From Promethearchaeota archaeon (GTDB lineage: Archaea > Asgardarchaeota > Lokiarchaeia > Sigyniarchaeales > SOKP01): DNA of 64,000 nt. Below the pieces are notes generated by a model. It was given only the letters and a program-made list of their open reading frames with translations. It was not told the DNA's origin and made no database searches. The stretch covers positions 64,001 through 128,000 of the forward strand of contig JAHPZJ010000030.1 in NCBI GenBank assembly GCA_019058245.1, in the 5' to 3' direction. Position numbers and translations under genes: made by a program. Position 1 is the first letter of the stretch; every line of letters starts with the position of its first letter. Below are positions 59,959 through 64,000 of the stretch, piece by piece.

Positions 59959-60819
59959 ATGATTGAAAATATTGGAAAAGCAAAAATTTTGATAGAAGCA
60001 ATAAAATACATCAGAGCTTTTTACAGAAAAACTTTTGTTATTAAATATGGGGGTAGTGCAATGGTAAAACCTGAGCTTAAAAAGAGTTTTATTGAAGACC
60101 TCATTTTCCTCAATTTCGTAGGAATAAATGTAATAGTTGTGCATGGGGGTGGAGCTTCAATTAACACCTTATTAGACAAATTAAAAATCGAGTCAAAATT
60201 TTTTAATGGCCTTAGAATTACCGATGAAGAAACAATGGATGTTGTTGAGATGGTATTAGCTGGTAAAATAAATAAGGGAATAGTAAATGATATTCAAACT
60301 CAAGGAAGTAATGCAATAGGACTAAGTGGGAAAGATAGCAATTTACTGAAGGTCAAGAAAAAAATGGTTGAAGGAGAGGATTTAGGGTTTGTTGGCGAGG
60401 TAACTGAAGTAAATACTCAATTTTTAAAAGGGATACTAAAAAATTCTTTAATTCCTGTTATTGCTCCAATAGGTTCAGATCATATAGGAAATACATATAA
60501 TATCAATGCTGATGAAGTGGCACTAGCCATTTCAAAAGCATTAAATGTAGAAAAGTTAATCTATATAACTGACGTTTTAGGAGTACTTCTTGATGTAAAT
60601 GATAAGAATTCTCTAATATCAGAATTGAGGACTGAACAAGCTTTATCTTATATTAGAGAAGGTAAAATTACAGAAGGGATGATTCCAAAAGTAAGAAGTT
60701 GTATAGAAGCAGTAAATAGTGATGTAAAAGCAGTACATATTATAGATGGTAGAATTGAACATAGTCTTTTACTTGAAATTTTAACTCCTCAAGGGATTGG
60801 TACAATGTTTAAAAAGTAA
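59959..60819 (+). CDS. argB: Acetylglutamate kinase
   Basis: VIKYGGSAM, VHGGG, GLRITD, GLSGKD, NINAD, GMIPK, HIIDGR; ATG at 59959 follows an AGGTGG RBS and avoids overlap with argJ. Confidence 0.96.
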   Translation: MIENIGKAKILIEAIKYIRAFYRKTFVIKYGGSAMVKPELKKSFIEDLIFLNFVGINVIVVHGGGASINTLLDKLKIESKFFNGLRITDEETMDVVEMVLAGKINKGIVNDIQTQGSNAIGLSGKDSNLLKVKKKMVEGEDLGFVGEVTEVNTQFLKGILKNSLIPVIAPIGSDHIGNTYNINADEVALAISKALNVEKLIYITDVLGVLLDVNDKNSLISELRTEQALSYIREGKITEGMIPKVRSCIEAVNSDVKAVHIIDGRIEHSLLLEILTPQGIGTMFKK

Positions 60820-60863
60820 AATTATATAAAAAAAGTATAGAAATAAAAGAGAGGAAATTAATC

Positions 60864-62066
60864 ATGAGTGATTGGATTGAAAGGGGAACTAAGGTTATAA
60901 TGAACACTTATAAACAGTTTCCCATTGTATTAGAAAAAGGAAATGGCGTTTATCTCTGGGATAGTGAAGGAAAAAAGTACCTTGATTTTGTTGCAGGGAT
61001 AGCTGTAAATGCTTTAGGTTATAATGATTCTGACTATATTCAAGAAATTACTACACAATTAAAAAAAATGCAACATTGTTCAAATTTATACTGGATGATA
61101 CCATCAATAGAATTAGGCGAGATTTTAATTCAAAATAGTTGTTTTGATAAAATATTTTATTGTAATAGTGGAGCTGAAGCTGTTGAAGCCGCAATAAAAT
61201 TGAGTAAGAAGTATGGAAAGAAAGTCCATGGAAATAATTGTAGTAAAATTATTACAATGAAGAGATCGTTTCACGGAAGAACAATGGCAACGATCACTGC
61301 AACAGGTCAGACTAAATATCAAAAGGGATTCGATCCATTAATGCCTGGATTTTCCTATGTTGAATTTAATAACTATAATGAGTTAAAAGAAGCAGTCAAT
61401 GAAGATACCTGTGCTATTATTATAGAACCTATACAGGGAGAAGGAGGAATTCATCCTGCTGAGAAGTCATTTTTAAAAGAAGTACGAGCTCTGTGTGATG
61501 AAAAAGATATTGTACTTGTATTTGATGAAGTTCAATGTGGAATCGGAAGAACTGGCGAATTATTTGCATATCAATTATTTGATGTAAAACCTGATGTAGT
61601 TTCATTAGCAAAAGGTTTAGCTGGAGGTATTCCCATAGGAGCAATGCTGGCAGTTCAGAGTAAAGCGGATGCTTTTCAACCTGGTGATCATGCATCAACG
61701 TTTGGAGGCAATCATTTAGCATGTACAGCAGGTAAGGTAGTACTAAATAAATTATTAAACGGTGGGATTCTTGAAAATGTACGAAAACAAGGGAAATATC
61801 TAAAAGAAAAGTTAATTAATTTAAAGGAAAAATATGCGATGATTAAAGAGGTAAGGGGCTATGGTTTAATGCTCGGTCTTGAACTAAATATTCCTGTCAA
61901 GGATATAATAGAAATATGTATGGAACAAGGTTTACTTATTTTAGGTGCTGGAGAAAACGTAATAAGATTTGTTCCACCGCTGATAATTAACAAAAATGAA
62001 ATTGATGAAGGAGTAACTATCCTTGATGGGGTACTACAACAATTCAAAAATAATAAAGGTTTATAA
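60864..62066 (+). CDS. argD: Acetylornithine aminotransferase
   Basis: YLDFVAGIAVN, NSGAEA, SFHGRT, EPIQGEGG, DEVQCGIGRTG, LAKGLAGG, HASTFGGN. Confidence 0.95.
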   Translation: MSDWIERGTKVIMNTYKQFPIVLEKGNGVYLWDSEGKKYLDFVAGIAVNALGYNDSDYIQEITTQLKKMQHCSNLYWMIPSIELGEILIQNSCFDKIFYCNSGAEAVEAAIKLSKKYGKKVHGNNCSKIITMKRSFHGRTMATITATGQTKYQKGFDPLMPGFSYVEFNNYNELKEAVNEDTCAIIIEPIQGEGGIHPAEKSFLKEVRALCDEKDIVLVFDEVQCGIGRTGELFAYQLFDVKPDVVSLAKGLAGGIPIGAMLAVQSKADAFQPGDHASTFGGNHLACTAGKVVLNKLLNGGILENVRKQGKYLKEKLINLKEKYAMIKEVRGYGLMLGLELNIPVKDIIEICMEQGLLILGAGENVIRFVPPLIINKNEIDEGVTILDGVLQQFKNNKGL

Positions 62067-63112
62067 TGATGATTAGAGCAGGTATAATAGGAGCAACTGG
62101 ATATGTAGGTTCAGATTTAGTTAGAATTTTATATCATCATCCTGAAGTAGAATTAAAATTATTAACTTCTAAAAATCATAAAAATCAAAGTTATAATTCA
62201 GTATATTCAAACTTCAACAAAATATGTGAGATGATATGTGATGAGGATGATCTTGATTCTGCAATAAACCAACTTGATATAATTTTTCTATCATTACCTC
62301 ATGGAGTAACTTCAAGTATATTAACAGATAAGATTTTAAAAAATGTAAAGGTTATTGACCTCAGTGCTGATTTTCGATTAAAGAGTGTAGATGAATATGT
62401 GGAATGGTATAACATTAAACATAGTAATGCTAATCTGTTGAAAAAAGCAGTCTATGGTCTTTCTGAATGGAAAAGAGAACAAATAAAAAATTCAAAATTA
62501 GTTGCTAATCCTGGTTGCTATCCAACTTGTGCTTTATTATGTTTATTACCTCTTATCAAAGAAGGGATTTTAGAAGAAGAACACATAATTATTGATGCAA
62601 AGTCAGGAGTGTCAGGTGCAGGAAGATCTTTAAATCTTGGAACTCATTTCTCAGAAAGTAATGAATCAACTAAGGCATATAACGTTCTCTCTCATCGACA
62701 TACTCCAGAGATCGATCAGGAATTAAGTGAAGTAAATGGAAATGAAATATCAGTTATTTTTACACCCCATCTAATCCCAATGAATCGAGGAATATTATGT
62801 ACTTGTTATGGGATTCTTAAAAAGTCATATAATTATGAAGATATCAAAAAAATATATGAAGATAATTATGAAAATGAATTTTTTATTCGTCTAATGAAGA
62901 AAAATGATTTACCTGAAACGAGATGGGTTAAGGGTTCAAATTATTGTGATATTGGTTTTAGTCTAGATGAAAAAGCTAATAGAATAATTATAGTTGGAGC
63001 AATTGACAATCTAGTTAAGGGTGGAGCAGGACAAGCTGTTCAAAATATGAATTTAATGTTTGATTTAGAAGAGAATATAGGGTTAAAATCAATTCCTATG
63101 TTCCCTGTTTAA
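62066..63112 (+). CDS. argC: N-acetyl-gamma-glutamyl-phosphate reductase
   Basis: IIGATGYVG, LPHG, IDLSADFR, ANPGCYPT, SGVSGAG, HRHTPEI, IDNLVKGGAGQAVQNMN. Confidence 0.97.
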   Translation: MMIRAGIIGATGYVGSDLVRILYHHPEVELKLLTSKNHKNQSYNSVYSNFNKICEMICDEDDLDSAINQLDIIFLSLPHGVTSSILTDKILKNVKVIDLSADFRLKSVDEYVEWYNIKHSNANLLKKAVYGLSEWKREQIKNSKLVANPGCYPTCALLCLLPLIKEGILEEEHIIIDAKSGVSGAGRSLNLGTHFSESNESTKAYNVLSHRHTPEIDQELSEVNGNEISVIFTPHLIPMNRGILCTCYGILKKSYNYEDIKKIYEDNYENEFFIRLMKKNDLPETRWVKGSNYCDIGFSLDEKANRIIIVGAIDNLVKGGAGQAVQNMNLMFDLEENIGLKSIPMFPV

Positions 63113-63160
63113 AGAAAAATAATAATATAATAGGCAATAATAAAAAAAAGTGAGGGATTA

Positions 63161-64000
63161 ATGAATCAATTAGGACCTAAAAAAAATAAATACAATAAAA
63201 TTTTATTGATGTATTCTGGTGGTCTGGATACTTCTTGCATGATAAAATGGTTACAAGATAAATACAGTTCTGAAGTTTATACCTTTACAGCCGATCTCGG
63301 TCAAGAATTCGTAGATCCATCCAGATTTGAGGAAATAGAAGAAAAAGCATATAATTTAGGGGTTAAAAAACATTACACCATTGATTTAAAAGAGAAATTT
63401 GTATGTGATTATCTTTTTCCAACTATTAAAGCAAATGGTTTGTATCAGGGAATATATCCTTTAAGTACGGCAGTAGGAAGACCCTTAATAGCTATTGAAG
63501 CGATAAAAATTGCAAGACAAGAAAAAATTGAAGCAATAGCTCATGGATGCACAGGTAAAGGAAATGATCAAATAAGGTTTAATGTTACAATGAGAGCTTA
63601 TGCTCCTAATATTGAGATATTGCAACCAATAATAGAATGGAATATGGGTAGAGATGAAGAAATTAAATATGCTCAACTCCATGAAATTCCTATTCAAAAA
63701 CAAAACAAAAAATATAGTGTTGATGAGAATCTTTTTGGACGAAGTGTAGAATGTGATGTTTTAGAATATCCAGAAATTGAACCCCCGGAGGATTGTTATT
63801 CTTGGACAGTATCACCAGAAAATGCTCCTGATAATCCGGAATACATTCAAATTCATTTTGAAAAAGGAATGCCAATCCAATTAAATGATAAAAGTTTAAA
63901 TTGTGTTGATTTAATTAGAGAACTTCATAATATTGGTTGTAAACATGGAATTGGTAGAGTTAATCATATGGAAGATCGAGCAATTGGATTAAAATCAAGA
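63161..64000 (+). CDS. argG: Argininosuccinate synthase (3'-partial)
   Basis: ATG at 63161 after GAGG; YSGGLDTS, DLGQ, YPLSTAVGRPLI, AHGCTGKGNDQIRF, YSVDENLFGRSVEC, HGIGR; open to the window end and missing from the ORF track. Confidence 0.96.
   Translation, partial: MNQLGPKKNKYNKILLMYSGGLDTSCMIKWLQDKYSSEVYTFTADLGQEFVDPSRFEEIEEKAYNLGVKKHYTIDLKEKFVCDYLFPTIKANGLYQGIYPLSTAVGRPLIAIEAIKIARQEKIEAIAHGCTGKGNDQIRFNVTMRAYAPNIEILQPIIEWNMGRDEEIKYAQLHEIPIQKQNKKYSVDENLFGRSVECDVLEYPEIEPPEDCYSWTVSPENAPDNPEYIQIHFEKGMPIQLNDKSLNCVDLIRELHNIGCKHGIGRVNHMEDRAIGLKSR

Noticed and set aside
4489-62047. Numerous 60-125 aa ORFs nested in or antisense to assigned genes (e.g. 9224, 11378, 26405, 52695, 56020, 61429)
   Set aside because: They overlap well-supported CDSs, carry no motifs, and look like typical shadow ORFs
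63485-63875. Two short minus-strand ORFs
   Set aside because: Antisense shadows of the partial argG
1-64000. CRISPR arrays, tRNA/rRNA genes, intact transposases, integrases or prophage genes
   Set aside because: No regularly spaced repeats, GC-rich structural RNA islands or mobile-element motifs were seen by eye; a tRNAscan/Rfam run would be needed to exclude small RNAs

Overview
AT-rich archaeal chromosomal window, most likely from an Asgard archaeon (Lokiarchaeia-like). This taxon is inferred from Rab-like and Rag-like GTPases, a eukaryote-like presenilin, archaeal RecJ, XPD and GlyRS, and H4MPT C1 enzymes. The window is gene-dense housekeeping and metabolic DNA: XPD helicase, glycine cleavage gcvT-H-PA-PB, mch/mtd/ftr, a purine/MTA salvage cluster, acyl-CoA metabolism genes, two surface glycoproteins, TPR proteins, a polar amino-acid ABC transporter, argH, and a bacterial-type argJ-argB-argD-argC-argG operon that runs off the window end. 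I saw no rRNA, tRNA, CRISPR array or intact mobile element. The standout observation is an unannotated 28-codon leader ORF at 58505-58591 (MNYEIDKIQFLRTPYKLNLARRRRLLIY). It carries four consecutive minority Arg codons (CGT CGC CGT CGT) and lies in a structured leader with a hairpin and U-rich tract, directly upstream of argJ. It is a candidate ribosome-mediated arginine attenuator in an archaeon. Secondary findings include probable ATA and ATT start codons, two missed small proteins, a Zn-ribbon-inserted MTAP paralog, a Cys-less thiolase paired with DUF35, and a degenerate FrhB. All product calls come from motif recognition without database searches.
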